A stretch of DNA of 64,000 nt, from contig CAVVXH010000010.1 in the NCBI GenBank assembly GCA_963752155.1, positions 64,001 to 128,000 on the forward strand. Reading direction: 5' to 3'. Source of the stretch: an uncultured Parachlamydiaceae bacterium (GTDB lineage Bacteria > Chlamydiota > Chlamydiia > Chlamydiales > Parachlamydiaceae). The translations under genes were made by a program, and so were the position numbers. Of this stretch, positions 48,071-59,032 are shown piece by piece (position 1 is the first letter of the stretch; each line of letters begins with the position of its first letter). The notes beneath the pieces are model-generated. The model had not been told where the DNA came from and ran no database searches. It was given only the letters and a program-made list of their open reading frames with translations.

Positions 48071-50470
48071 TTATTCCAGATATTTAGAACAAATGATCTT
48101 CTCCAATAATTTTAAAGGAGACAATGGTGGATTTTCTGCCAAACCTTGATGATAAATAACCGTGGAGGGAGTCAATGCGGGTAAGGTATTGGCTTCTATC
48201 ACGATCATTTTTTCCGAAAAGCGATTAAAGAAAATGTCTAGCCGTGCATAATTTTGGATTCCTAAGGCCTGAGCAGCTTTGATGGCTAATCGTTTAATTT
48301 TCTGAACTGCACCATCTGAAATAATCTCTTCTGGTGGTGGCGTGAGATTGATTCCGGTGCCTCCCTGAAATTTCTCCTCAACGCTAAGCACAGCCCCTTC
48401 TGCCAAAGTAATACTAGGATTTAAAGCATAGTAGATGTTTCGTTGTTCGAGAATACCGATAGTGAGTTCTATCCATCCTTGTTTTGAAAGATGTTGAATT
48501 TCTCCCTGTTTGATATTCATTTCATCAGTTTCAATATAGGGCTCTAAAATAAAGTCTCCAGACAAAGAAGAGGGCATTTCAATAGGATTTTCTTGTTTAG
48601 TGAATGTGTGGGGTGGAATAGTAGAGGATTTTTCACGTAGCAAGCAACTATAGGTCCACAAATCTTTGGCTGATTCCAATAAAGCAATCCCTGCCGAGCA
48701 TCCATCAAAACGAGGTTTAATGATGAGTTGATGTGTTTGTAAATTCTTTGTCCAGGTTTTCCAATAGGCTTCCCAATCCTCTAAGCTGTTGTTTTGAAAA
48801 TCAACAAAATTTAGGTTTTTTTTGGGCAAAGTCAGAAGATCTGGATCTTTAATTGATGCAATCGTATCTCCCGTTAATAGTTTATCCATGCATAAAGCAG
48901 AAGCAATCGAATTGGAACCATTATAGGGGATTTGATACCGTTCCAAAGCTGATTGAATGGTTCCATTTTCACCCTCTCCTCCGTGCATGGCAATGAAAAC
49001 AAAGGCTTTTTTTTCTTGTGCTTGACGAAAGAAATCATGTTGATTCATCTGTTTAGAGGGAGGTTTGGGTTGAAGAGGTATTTCTAATCTGTTGCAAATA
49101 TCTTTTAATAAATCATTCCATTGTTCGTTGTAATCGTTTTCAGAGGTACAATTGGAACAGATTTCTTCGACAGTATGATTTAGATTGTAAGCATAGGGAA
49201 GTTCCCAAATTTTGCCTTCAGGATCAAATAAAAAGGGACTAGGAGCATAGTTTTCAGATTGCAACAATTTTAGCCAGACATTAGTTCCACTCATGAGAGA
49301 GACTTGCCTTTCTGCATTGTTGTTTCCATACAGAACATAAACAGGCATTTTAGGTATAGATTCTGCAAAAACAGGTTTATGAAAAAAATGAAGACCTTGG
49401 CGGCGACAGCTATTTTTGATAAGATATTCTAATGTCTTGCGATGAGTCATTCCTAGTATTGCTGATTGCCGGAATAAAAAGCTATTTTGTTCGAGTCCAC
49501 TGATTGGATTGATGTCTGTAAAGTAGAGCATTCCTTTTTCTGTTAGCCATCCATCTAAACGTACAAAATCTTGCATTTCAAAAAGGCGATAGAGTTCTTC
49601 TGCTTGGCTACAAATCTGTTTTACTGTCGACAAAGGAAAGCGTGGGGGAGTGTGATATGTGGCTTGATTAGAAGGTAAATATTTTTTTCTATAGTCAAAA
49701 ATTTGATTGTTAGCATAGCTTAGATCAATTTCAGTAGGGATCAAGGCTACAGGATCTCCTTTAGCATTCGCAAACATGACAACTGTGAACTCTTTTCCAG
49801 TACAAAAAGTCTCAAGCAGAACTTCTTTGCAACTGTTGTTTGAAAAAATCGATTCAATACGTTCACAAGCTTCTTCAGAATTCGATACAGAATAAACGTT
49901 AATTGAAGAGCCTCCAAGAGTTGGTTTAACAACAGCACGTCGAAGCTGATGTTGTTCAAAAAAGTCTCTCACAAGCTTTGCAAGAGAAGCTTTATTCTCT
50001 GGTAAGAGGCGTATTTGAGGCAAAATAGGAAACCCATGGGCTCGCATGAATTCAGCTGCTAAATACTTGTTAAACATTTTCTTGCAACTGAGACTGCTAT
50101 GCCCAATAAAAGGGACTCCAAAAGATTCTAAAAGTTCCTGCAGTTCTCCATCTTCTCCAAAAGCCCCATGAATGACAGGAAAGACAAGATCTACGTCTTT
50201 TAGCAGTTTTTTTAGAGCTGCTTCATCTAAGAGATCTTTTGAACGATTTAATTTGAAATCAAAATCAGCAGGTGTATTGGAATAGAGTTGTGCGGGTGAA
50301 ATTAGATAAAACTGTTTACGCCAATCGACAAAAAGTGGAATAATTTCAACAGATGGACCACCTAAGTGATCCATCACTGAACGTGCAGAATTGAGGGAAA
50401 TTCCACGCTCTGGAGAGGGGCCTCCGCAAATGACTGCAAGTTTAAAAGGAACAGACGTCGTAACGCTCAT
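48071..50470 (-). CDS. Tandem-duplicated D-Ala-D-Ala ligase-like protein (two ATP-grasp units)
   Basis: Unit 1: GGPSPERGISLNSA, IHGAFGEDG, RLDG, DINPISG. Unit 2: AERQVSLMSG, MHGGEGENG, ARLDIF, EANTLPALT. Confidence 0.88.
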   Translation of the reverse strand: MSVTTSVPFKLAVICGGPSPERGISLNSARSVMDHLGGPSVEIIPLFVDWRKQFYLISPAQLYSNTPADFDFKLNRSKDLLDEAALKKLLKDVDLVFPVIHGAFGEDGELQELLESFGVPFIGHSSLSCKKMFNKYLAAEFMRAHGFPILPQIRLLPENKASLAKLVRDFFEQHQLRRAVVKPTLGGSSINVYSVSNSEEACERIESIFSNNSCKEVLLETFCTGKEFTVVMFANAKGDPVALIPTEIDLSYANNQIFDYRKKYLPSNQATYHTPPRFPLSTVKQICSQAEELYRLFEMQDFVRLDGWLTEKGMLYFTDINPISGLEQNSFLFRQSAILGMTHRKTLEYLIKNSCRRQGLHFFHKPVFAESIPKMPVYVLYGNNNAERQVSLMSGTNVWLKLLQSENYAPSPFLFDPEGKIWELPYAYNLNHTVEEICSNCTSENDYNEQWNDLLKDICNRLEIPLQPKPPSKQMNQHDFFRQAQEKKAFVFIAMHGGEGENGTIQSALERYQIPYNGSNSIASALCMDKLLTGDTIASIKDPDLLTLPKKNLNFVDFQNNSLEDWEAYWKTWTKNLQTHQLIIKPRFDGCSAGIALLESAKDLWTYSCLLREKSSTIPPHTFTKQENPIEMPSSLSGDFILEPYIETDEMNIKQGEIQHLSKQGWIELTIGILEQRNIYYALNPSITLAEGAVLSVEEKFQGGTGINLTPPPEEIISDGAVQKIKRLAIKAAQALGIQNYARLDIFFNRFSEKMIVIEANTLPALTPSTVIYHQGLAENPPLSPLKLLEKIICSKYLE

Positions 50471-50483
50471 TTCCTTATACTCC

Positions 50484-51326
50484 TCATAAAGCTGAATCTA
50501 GATAATGCGGTTTGATCGGCTGCCCGGTAACAGCGTTGAAGTCAACAGTGCGCACAGAGCCATCTTGATTAAGAATGTCAATGCTGTAAATAGGTAAATA
50601 AATAGCTTCTTGCGTTCGAATCGTAAAATCTTGCCCAAAAGCAGCTTGTGAGATCTTTTCGATTTGGCTAGGAGAATAATGTCTCGAAACCTTTTGCGAA
50701 TGGTTGTAAGGTTTTGACACAATGGATTGGCTTATTTTTGTCTGAGGAGTCACTAGAAGACGTGGATTTTGGAAATGCAATTGTATTTCATTTCCCTTTT
50801 GCACGATCAAATGTTTCTCTTTAGCATTTTCAAGCCAAGAAACCAATAAATCCTCTTCCACCTGCAATTCTTTTTGCAGCTGTTCGATTGTTAATTTACC
50901 TTTGGCTTTTTCTAAGGTGTTAAGAATTTTAAAATCATTTCGATTGGCTTGTGCATTGATAGCGTCCTCAAAACCATGAGTCGTCTCCCAAGTGTGGCAG
51001 TCGATGACCATTTCGCCGTTGACTAAGCTCCAAAGAAGGGTTCCTTCTTTAGTTTTTTTATCTGGCGTACTATACTTAACATTGAAAAGGACATGGGGGT
51101 AAAAATGAAGATCAGCCTTTTGGAAGGTGCGTTCATTGTCACTTAATAGTTCTTTACGATACTGATCCATGATATTTTCAGCGGAGTATCGCACTTCGAG
51201 AGTTTTAATTTCGCCATTATCAACGTATTGTCTGATGGCTGCTTCCATGTTTGGATTTGCCTCCCAAAAGGAATAAGCGGCAAATCCAATTCCACCACAG
51301 AGAACAGCAATAATCAGTGGCTTCAT
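50484..51326 (-). CDS. Conserved chlamydial hypothetical protein, N-terminal membrane anchor
   Basis: RBS aggagg, N-terminal hydrophobic stretch, directly downstream of rho. Confidence 0.75.
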   Translation of the reverse strand: MKPLIIAVLCGGIGFAAYSFWEANPNMEAAIRQYVDNGEIKTLEVRYSAENIMDQYRKELLSDNERTFQKADLHFYPHVLFNVKYSTPDKKTKEGTLLWSLVNGEMVIDCHTWETTHGFEDAINAQANRNDFKILNTLEKAKGKLTIEQLQKELQVEEDLLVSWLENAKEKHLIVQKGNEIQLHFQNPRLLVTPQTKISQSIVSKPYNHSQKVSRHYSPSQIEKISQAAFGQDFTIRTQEAIYLPIYSIDILNQDGSVRTVDFNAVTGQPIKPHYLDSAL

Positions 51327-51387
51327 TAAAGCATTTCCTCCTGTTGAGCCCTTAGATTTCTTTGATAATTTCATGGTACTGGTTCTC

Positions 51388-52770
51388 TTAATCTTTCATC
51401 GAAAGGAGGAATTCAACATTGCTACTTGTTTTTTTCAGGCGTCCCAGGAATAAATTCATGGCATCGCCAGGAGCTAAGTCTGCTAAGGCTTCACGTAGGA
51501 GGTAGATTTTTTCTAGCTCGTTAGGATGGTACAGCAGCTCCTCTTTTCGCGTTCCGCTCTTAATCACGTCGATAGCAGGGAAAGTTCGTCGATCCGCCAA
51601 GCGGCGATCGAGGACAAGTTCCATATTACCGGTTCCTTTGAACTCCTCGAAAATCACTTCGTCCATTCTGGAGCCTGTATCGATTAGAGCTGTCGCAATA
51701 ATCGTGAGAGAACCACCCTGTTCGATGTTTCTGGCTGCTCCGAAAAAGTGCTTTGGCTTATGAAGCGCATTCGAGTCAATACCACCTGTCAGGATCTTCC
51801 CTGAATGGGGTTGAACCGTGTTGTAAGCTCGAGCAAGTCGGGTAATGGAATCGAGCAAAATGATGACATCATTTCCATATTCGACCAATCGACGAGCCTT
51901 TTCAAGAACCATTTCAGCAATTTGAACGTGCCTTTCCGGCGGTTCATCGAAAGTTGAAGCGATGACTTCACCTTTGACGATCCGTTGCATGTCGGTGACT
52001 TCTTCAGGTCGCTCACCAATCAGCAGCATGATCAAAGTGCTTTCAGGATTGTTCGTTGCAATAGCGTTTGCAATATTTTGGAGAAGGATTGTTTTTCCGG
52101 TTTTAGGAGGAGCAACGATCAGTCCACGTTGACCTTTACCGATGGGCGCAACGAGATCGAGGACACGCATTCCAAGGCGATCTTTTGTCGTTTCCATCAC
52201 CAAGCGAGATTCAGGATAGAGCGGAGTTAAGTTTTCGAATAGAACCCGTTCTCTAGCCTTTTCAGGAGGACGACCATTGATGGTATCGACTTTAAGAAGG
52301 GCAAAATATTTTTCCTTTTCTTTCGGAGGACGGATGGTGCCGTAGAGTGTGTCCCCTTTTTTTAAGTCCAATCGTCGAATTTGTGCTGGGGATACGTAAA
52401 TGTCTTCTGCTGAAGGCAAGTAGTTATAGTAAGGAGAGCGCAAGAATCCAAAACCATCGGGAAGGATTTCTAAAACCCCTTCACCGTAAAGAACTTCATC
52501 AGGATTTTCGGAGATTGCCTTTACAACTTCGAAAACGACTTGGGACTTAGTTAGAGAGCCTAAATGTTTTAGTCCAATATTTTTGGCATATACATTCAGT
52601 TGATCAATATTCATCCGTTGAATTTCAGCAATTTTGATGATTTTCTCTGGAGGTGTAGACACGTTTGAAGTGCCGGCGTTTCTCTCATATGAGTTTCTAC
52701 GCGGTTCGGGCTGTTGTGCACCTTCATTTTCTGTTGATGAAGTCTCTGAAGAGTAATTTTCAGGATCCAT
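51388..52770 (-). CDS. rho: Transcription termination factor Rho
   Basis: [37 protein letters not shown] and [10 protein letters not shown]. Confidence 0.98.
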   Translation of the reverse strand: MDPENYSSETSSTENEGAQQPEPRRNSYERNAGTSNVSTPPEKIIKIAEIQRMNIDQLNVYAKNIGLKHLGSLTKSQVVFEVVKAISENPDEVLYGEGVLEILPDGFGFLRSPYYNYLPSAEDIYVSPAQIRRLDLKKGDTLYGTIRPPKEKEKYFALLKVDTINGRPPEKARERVLFENLTPLYPESRLVMETTKDRLGMRVLDLVAPIGKGQRGLIVAPPKTGKTILLQNIANAIATNNPESTLIMLLIGERPEEVTDMQRIVKGEVIASTFDEPPERHVQIAEMVLEKARRLVEYGNDVIILLDSITRLARAYNTVQPHSGKILTGGIDSNALHKPKHFFGAARNIEQGGSLTIIATALIDTGSRMDEVIFEEFKGTGNMELVLDRRLADRRTFPAIDVIKSGTRKEELLYHPNELEKIYLLREALADLAPGDAMNLFLGRLKKTSSNVEFLLSMKD

Positions 52771-52776
52771 TATAGG

Positions 52777-53385
52777 TCAGACTCCTGTATGGGGGGTTAG
52801 CATAGCATAAATTTTGGCTACATTTGACCTGAGCTCTTCGATCGATCCACTATTATGGATGACATAAGTTGCTTTGGCGGCCATTTCATCAGCGTTAAGT
52901 TGTCTTTTCTTCCGCTGTTCATAGTCATTTTTATTGCTAAGATTTTTTGTTTTTTCATATCTTTGTTTGCATAGCTTTTCATCTGCTATGACAGCAATTG
53001 TCTCTTGGTAATCTTTGTCCATACCTGCTTCAAATAAGAGAGGAATCTCTGCCACAAATAAACAAACAGTTTTATTGCAGCCTTGATATTCTCTTTCAAT
53101 TTCATGGCGAACTTGAGGATGAATTAACTGTTCTAGGGCCTGTAATTGTACTGGGTTTTGGAAGACCTTTTTTGCAATTTTAGCACGATCAATTTGACCT
53201 TCAGAAAGAATCTCAATACCTAAAAGATCAATCACTTTTTGGCCGATTTCCGTTTCAGCCATCAGAAGGCGATGAACAATCTCATCGGCACTTATAACAT
53301 AAGCACCGAATTCTTTAAGGAGTTGGCAAACGGTAGATTTACCAGATGAAAGGGGGCCTGTGACAGCTATCTTTCTCATTTCCAT
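52777..53385 (-). CDS. coaE: Dephospho-CoA kinase
   Basis: IAVTGPLSSGKS, ADEIVH, IDRAKIA, LIHPQV and EIPLLFE. Confidence 0.94.
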   Translation of the reverse strand: MEMRKIAVTGPLSSGKSTVCQLLKEFGAYVISADEIVHRLLMAETEIGQKVIDLLGIEILSEGQIDRAKIAKKVFQNPVQLQALEQLIHPQVRHEIEREYQGCNKTVCLFVAEIPLLFEAGMDKDYQETIAVIADEKLCKQRYEKTKNLSNKNDYEQRKKRQLNADEMAAKATYVIHNSGSIEELRSNVAKIYAMLTPHTGV

Positions 53386-53386
53386 T

Positions 53387-56088
53387 CTAACATTCTTTCC
53401 AATTTTTGCCAACCATCACATCTACAATCAGTGGAACTTTAAGCTGAACAACCTCTTCCATAGATCTACGAACAATTTTTTGGACTTTATCAAGTTCAGC
53501 ATCCGGAATTTCAAAAATCAATTCATCGTGAATTTGAAGCACCATCCCCGCTTGTTGAGGGGGACTAAGGGGTCGTAAAGGAAAGGGTAACTCAACAGCA
53601 ATTTTAAGCATAGCCATTTTAATGAGATCAGCTGCAGTACCCTGTAGAGGAGTGTTCACTGCTAAGCGCTCAGCAGCTGTACGCAGATGGATATTTTTGC
53701 TTAAAATTTCTGGAATTTGTCGCTCCCGCCCTGTTAAAGTGACTGTTTTTCCGGTTGTGCGAGCAAGTTCCTTACATCCTTCAACAAAATCTTTGACCCG
53801 TGGATAGCGTTTAAAGTACATTTCAATAAATTCAGCTGCAGTTTTAACGTCGATATTAAGTTCCTGAGAAAGCCCAAATGCTTGTTGACCATAGATGATT
53901 CCAAAATTAACAGCCTTAGCATTTTGGCGCAACTCTTTGGTTACTTGGGGTAGAGGGACATTGAAAATAATACTCGCTGTAAAGGCATGAATATCTTCAT
54001 CATTTTGAAAAGCTTTTAGAAGATTTGGATCTTCGCTGAAGTGAGCCAAGAGGCGCAATTCAATTTGGGAATAATCTGCTGCTAGGTAACTCCAATGAGG
54101 ATGTTGCGGGCAAAAAGCTTGCCGAATTTGACTTCCTAAACGAGTGCGGACAGGAATATTTTGTAAATTAGGATCCTGACAGCTTAAGCGTCCTGTGGCA
54201 GCAATCGATTGATTAAAAGTGCAGTGAATGCGTCCAGATTTAGGGATGATCTCTAAAGGGAGAGTTTCGACGTAGGTAGAACGCAATTTTTCCAAACCCC
54301 TATATTCTAAAAGCTTACTGGCAATAGGATATTTTTGTTGGAGAGTTTCTAAAGCTTCTGAGTCTAGACGCATTTGGCCGGTGGGAGTCTTTTTACCCGG
54401 AAGATATCTTTAGTTTTTCAAAAATGGCAATCCATTGCTTAGGTGAATTGAGATTAAACTCTTCACCAGCCAATACGAAAATGGCTTCGCGCAGTTCGGA
54501 AATTTGATGATTGATGTCTAAAGATAACGTTTTAAGAAAATTAACATCAAGGAATAGCCCATAACGCTCCATGGAGGCTAAAACCCTCGTAAGAGGAAGT
54601 TCAAGTTCATAGAAAAGTTTCGTGAAATTTCGTTCTTCAATTTGCTTTTCTAGGAGAAGTTTGAGGCGGACCGTATAGTCGACATCTTCACAACAATAGT
54701 CGCTGATTTTAGCCGGTTCTATGGCTTCGATGCTTTGGCTATTTTTACCTTTGCCAAGCAAAGAGCTGAGTTCAACTTTAACCTTGTTAAAATGTTCGAA
54801 GATGAGAGCATCCAAAGAATGTTGTCTGCTGTGCGAGTCTAGTAAGTAGGAGGCTAAAAGAGTGTCGAAACCGATAGTTGCAATATCAATGTCGTAGTGA
54901 GCCAGAACTTGCATGTGGGATTTGATATTGTGACCATAGCAAGCAATCTCTTTATCTTCTAGAAGCGGCTTGATGCCTTGTAGAACCTTATTGAGGCCTA
55001 GAGATCCATTTACAGGGATATACCAAGCCATGGCTGGGTGAGCAGCAATAGCTATTCCAACGAGCTCTGCTTTTAGAGGGAGAGGATTTGTTGTTTTAAG
55101 GTCTATGCACAAGCTTTTTTCTTGGGACATCTCACGGATCAGCTTGATCAAAGCTCTCTTCATCATCAATTAAATGGTATTTAGGTGTTAGAGTTTCGAT
55201 CAAAGTGTGTTTTGAAGTGGGCAATGCAGAAATTTGTGGTTCCAGTTCTTTTAACAGGGATTTAAAGTTCATTTCTCTATAAAATTCTTGGAGTTCCGAA
55301 TGTTTAGGTGTCGCTAAAGCAAAAAAGTGATTGTCTATGGGGATTTTTACAGAAGTATCTAGGGTGACGAGTTTTTTACTAAGCCTAGCCAAGTCTCCTT
55401 GGAGAATGATTGTTTCTTTTTTTTTGGCTTCTGTGATGGCTGCAGGATTATCTAAGATTGCTTCGAGGCTTCCGAACTGTAGGAGGAGTTTAGCTGCTGT
55501 CTTTGGGCCAAAGCCCGGTAAGCCCGGAACATTATCGGAGGCATCGCCGACAATGGCTAAATAATCTACAATTAGCCTTGGAGGAACACCATGAATTTCT
55601 TCAACTTGCTTGGGTCCAATGATAAGATTGTCTTTGTTTGTGTTAAGAATGGAAATGTTGTCATTGACAAGTTGACAGAGATCTTTATCACTTGAGCATA
55701 AATAAACATGAACGCCGAGTTTTTCTGTTTGGAGAGCAATAGCTCCCATAGTATCGTCGGCTTCAACTTCAGGGACGGAAAGAAAGGGGATTCCCATCAG
55801 TGTGCAAAACGTTTTGGCGCGTTCGATTTGATAGCGTAAGTCTTGAGGTGTTTCTTTACGATGGGCTTTGTATGCACTGTAAATTTCTGTACGTTTTTTG
55901 GCATTATTGGGTCCATCAAAAACGGCTATTAAATGATTCGGATTAAAGTCTTTTCGAAGTTTTGCAATAGAGCGAATGAAACCGAAAAGAGCATTGGTGG
56001 ATTCACCTTTAGCGTTTGTCATGTTTTTAATGGCAAAATAAGAGCTGTAGAGGAAGCCTGAAGCGTCTACGACAAAAAGATTCTCCAT
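53387..56088 (-). CDS. polA: DNA polymerase I (frameshifts near 55150 and 54385)
   Basis: 5'-3' exonuclease (VFDG, EADD, SSDKD, GDASDNVPG), 3'-5' exonuclease-like domain, and polymerase motifs (TGRLSCQDPNLQN, ADYSQIELR, AKAVNFGIIYG, QIHDEL) across three ORFs. Confidence 0.95.
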
Positions 56089-56123
56089 GGAAAGTCACTG
56101 GTTAGGTTGTAAAAGATGATCAT

Positions 56124-56187
56124 TTGTAAAGATGTTTAATTGTGGGGGATGCAGTCATGTTCGCTGATCGGTCATTTTTTGTCAAGA
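56124..56187 (-). repeat. 64-bp direct repeat copy 1 (promoter-like, TTGACA)
   Basis: 57/64 identical to 57811-57874 by manual alignment. Confidence 0.85.
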
Positions 56188-57747
56188 TCCGAAATGTTCT
56201 ATTTCTACCTCCCACTCGTCAATTGTTCGAGTGTGGCCATTAAAATTGATGCCTACTAAATATATTGGATTTCTTTGGTCTTGAAATATTTGGTAGTATT
56301 TTTTTTTAATGATTTGATCGATAGCAGCTTTTGCGTTGCTATCTAATTTAAATTCAAAAATGATGATTTTATCTTTTAATTCTAATGTTGCATCAACTCG
56401 ACCCTGTTGTGTGTGAACTTCAGCATTAATTTGAAATCCAGCCAGTTTGATGATAAGATAGAAAAGGCTATGAAAATGCTTTTCTTGCCTAACATATAGA
56501 TCATAGGGGATTAAAGCTAATAGTTTTTGAATGATTTCAAAAAATTCAGAATAATTCCAGGGACTTTTATACAGGTTTTCTGCAATTTCTACTAAAGATT
56601 TGCTGCATTCAACCTTAGATGTTGCAAAAGTCGTTAATAAACTTTCTGAAAACGCTTGGCTCACTTCTCGATTGGGAAATCCAAGGCTGATGGCATTAAT
56701 ATGCGATAACACTGATTTGATTGTTAAGTAGCCTGTTTGATACAGCAAGGGTAAAGTGGGAAGCTCTTCGAGATCAAAGGAGCTGAAACTCTGGACGCTG
56801 ACATTTAATTGTTCTAAATTTGATAAATCGAAATGTCTTTTTTTGAGCAGATCAATCAAAAATGCTGGAGTTCCTGTTTCAAACCAGTGAGCAGAAAAAT
56901 CTTTCGAATCTAGAAGTTTTAAGGTCGAGAAAGGATTGTAGACTAATTTTCCATTTTTGGAAAATCGATAACCATTGTACCATTCTTTGATTTTATCATA
57001 GCAATCTTCCATTGACAGCTCATTCACAGTCGCTACTTCCTGAATTTCATTTGAGAAAAAGTGTTCTAATTCTTCTCGAGTGTATCCTAGCAAGGTACTG
57101 TAATCATTTGACATTGTTAAGTCATTTAAATTATTAAGTCCGGAAAATACAGAAACCTTTGAAAATTTAGTAACACCAGTTAGAAAGACAAATCTTAGGT
57201 TTTCATCTTGTGCTTTCAAGATGGTATAAAATTCACGCAAAATTTGTCGATTTTTTTTTGCAATTTCTAAATCATCAATATTATCGAGAAGAGGTTTGTC
57301 ATATTCGTCGATTAAAACAACTACTTTTTGTTTCATTGCTAATTGCTTTATGAGATTTTCAAGACAATTGGCTGCGGAGACTCCTTTCAGAGTGACATGA
57401 TATGTTAAAGCTATTTCATTAAGGACTCTAATTAGATCAGTTTCAAGTTCCTCAGATGTTCGATTATTGACAGTTGACATATCCAAACGAATAATAGGAT
57501 GGATCTCCCAATTCCAATCACTATTTTCTATCCATAAGTCTTTAAATAAATCACGTCTCCCTAAAAATAGAAAATATAAAGTGGAAATGAGCAAAGATTT
57601 TCCAAATCGACGTGGCCTTGAAATAAAATAAGGGTCATATCGACTCGCGAGTTGATAAATTAACTCAGTTTTATCCACATAGGTAAGTTTGTTAACAATG
57701 ATTTTTTCAAAGTCTTGGATCCCTATTGGCAACTTGGCTTTTATCAT
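56182..57747 (-). CDS. AAA-ATPase-like protein with PD-(D/E)XK nuclease domain (DUF1703 type)
   Basis: LPIGIQDF, YVDKT, SRPRRFGKS, LIDEYDKP, WYNGY and GRVDATL...IFEFK. Confidence 0.93.
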   Translation of the reverse strand: MIKAKLPIGIQDFEKIIVNKLTYVDKTELIYQLASRYDPYFISRPRRFGKSLLISTLYFLFLGRRDLFKDLWIENSDWNWEIHPIIRLDMSTVNNRTSEELETDLIRVLNEIALTYHVTLKGVSAANCLENLIKQLAMKQKVVVLIDEYDKPLLDNIDDLEIAKKNRQILREFYTILKAQDENLRFVFLTGVTKFSKVSVFSGLNNLNDLTMSNDYSTLLGYTREELEHFFSNEIQEVATVNELSMEDCYDKIKEWYNGYRFSKNGKLVYNPFSTLKLLDSKDFSAHWFETGTPAFLIDLLKKRHFDLSNLEQLNVSVQSFSSFDLEELPTLPLLYQTGYLTIKSVLSHINAISLGFPNREVSQAFSESLLTTFATSKVECSKSLVEIAENLYKSPWNYSEFFEIIQKLLALIPYDLYVRQEKHFHSLFYLIIKLAGFQINAEVHTQQGRVDATLELKDKIIIFEFKLDSNAKAAIDQIIKKKYYQIFQDQRNPIYLVGINFNGHTRTIDEWEVEIEHFGS

Positions 57748-57810
57748 AGTTTTAATGAGGTTTTTTTTATTTGTGTTGAGAATGAGATGTTGTCATTGAC
57801 AAATGGTTGC

Positions 57811-57874
57811 TTGTAAAGATGTTTAATTGTGGGGGACGTACTCATATTCGCTGATAAGTTATTTTTTGTCAAGA
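57811..57874 (-). repeat. 64-bp direct repeat copy 2
   Basis: ttgtaaagatgtttaattgtggggga...ttttttgtcaaga. Confidence 0.85.
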
Positions 57875-57880
57875 GCCAAT

Positions 57881-58043
57881 TATACCAGGCGCGGCCATAG
57901 ATTGTGTTTTTTTGCGCGTCAAAGCTCCCGGGGTTGAACGATCCAAAATGACCCCATATTGCAATATTGGGTCATTTTTGATCGTTCAACCACGGGGCTT
58001 TGACGCAGCAAAAAAATACAATCTATGGCCGCGCCTTGGTATA
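57881..58043. repeat. 163-bp near-perfect palindrome with TA ends (MITE-like)
   Basis: tataccaggcgcggccatagattg...caatctatggccgcgccttggtata, self-complementary almost to the centre. Confidence 0.9.
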
Positions 58044-58054
58044 GAGCCAAAATT

Positions 58055-58069
58055 CCGTATTTTCTACGG
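58055..58069 (+). promoter_or_regulatory. Palindromic operator CCGTA-N5-TACGG (copy 1)
   Basis: ttccgtattttctacggt, with TATAAT at 58093. Confidence 0.65.
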
Positions 58070-58133
58070 TGAAATTAAAATACGTTTGATGCTATAATTA
58101 ATCTTAAAAGTCAATAAAAAGAGGAAATTAGTT

Positions 58134-59024
58134 ATGATTATTGAAAATAATGCAGTCGTACTTATTACAGGAGCCACAGCCGGAATAGGTTTAGCGACAG
58201 CAGCATATCTTGCTGGGCGAGGATTTAAAGTATTTGGGACCTATCGTAGCAGTTCTAACATAGATGATTTAGATCAGGTAATCGCTAAAAGTCATGGCAT
58301 GCTGGAAAAAGTTATGATGGATGTTACTGATGAGCATGGTGTTCGAGAAGCTGTAAAGCAGATCCTCCTACGACACAAAAAAATTGATATAGTCATCAAT
58401 AATGCTGCTTATGCAATGGTTGGGACTATTGAGTCATGTACGCTTGAGCAGCAGATGCAGCTTTTTAATACCAACGTGTTTGGAGTTGCTCGTGTAATTC
58501 AAGCTGTTCTTCCTCATTTTAGAGAGCAAGGAAAAGGACAGATTATCAACATTGGAAGCGTTGTGGGTGTGACACCATTTCCGGCTCTTGAAGTTTACTC
58601 TGCTTCAAAGTTTGCTTTAGAAGGTTATACTGAATCAATGGCTGTATCTTTATCACCTTTTAATATTAAGGTAAGCATTATTGAACCTGGTGGGGTAAAA
58701 ACTCAAGCTGCAACTCACCATACTCCCACTGGAGCTGCCGATCTCGGACCTGAAAATCCATACCTTGGATATCATGAAAAAGCAAACGAAACGTCTATTA
58801 AAAATCTTGCAAAGGGTAGGGAACCTGAAGAACTGGCTCAGTATATTCATGAGATTATTATGGAAGAAAAACCTAAATTGCGTTATCAGTTTACTGAATT
58901 CGCCATAAAGCAGGCAGAGTCTAGATTTAAAGATACAACAGGAAGTCTAAGCGTAGAAAAACAAATCCAAATCTTTACGGAAACAGGATTTTTTACAGGG
59001 ATGTCAGGAAAAACTAAAATTTAG
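58134..59024 (+). CDS. Short-chain dehydrogenase/reductase
   Basis: ITGATAGIG, NNAAY and YSASK. Confidence 0.94.
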   Translation: MIIENNAVVLITGATAGIGLATAAYLAGRGFKVFGTYRSSSNIDDLDQVIAKSHGMLEKVMMDVTDEHGVREAVKQILLRHKKIDIVINNAAYAMVGTIESCTLEQQMQLFNTNVFGVARVIQAVLPHFREQGKGQIINIGSVVGVTPFPALEVYSASKFALEGYTESMAVSLSPFNIKVSIIEPGGVKTQAATHHTPTGAADLGPENPYLGYHEKANETSIKNLAKGREPEELAQYIHEIIMEEKPKLRYQFTEFAIKQAESRFKDTTGSLSVEKQIQIFTETGFFTGMSGKTKI

Positions 59025-59032
59025 GTAATTGT

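Noticed and set aside
53387..56088. Naturally split or pseudogenised polA, or programmed frameshifting
   Set aside because: All domains are present and conserved, and single-base indels recur elsewhere in the window, so sequencing error is more parsimonious.
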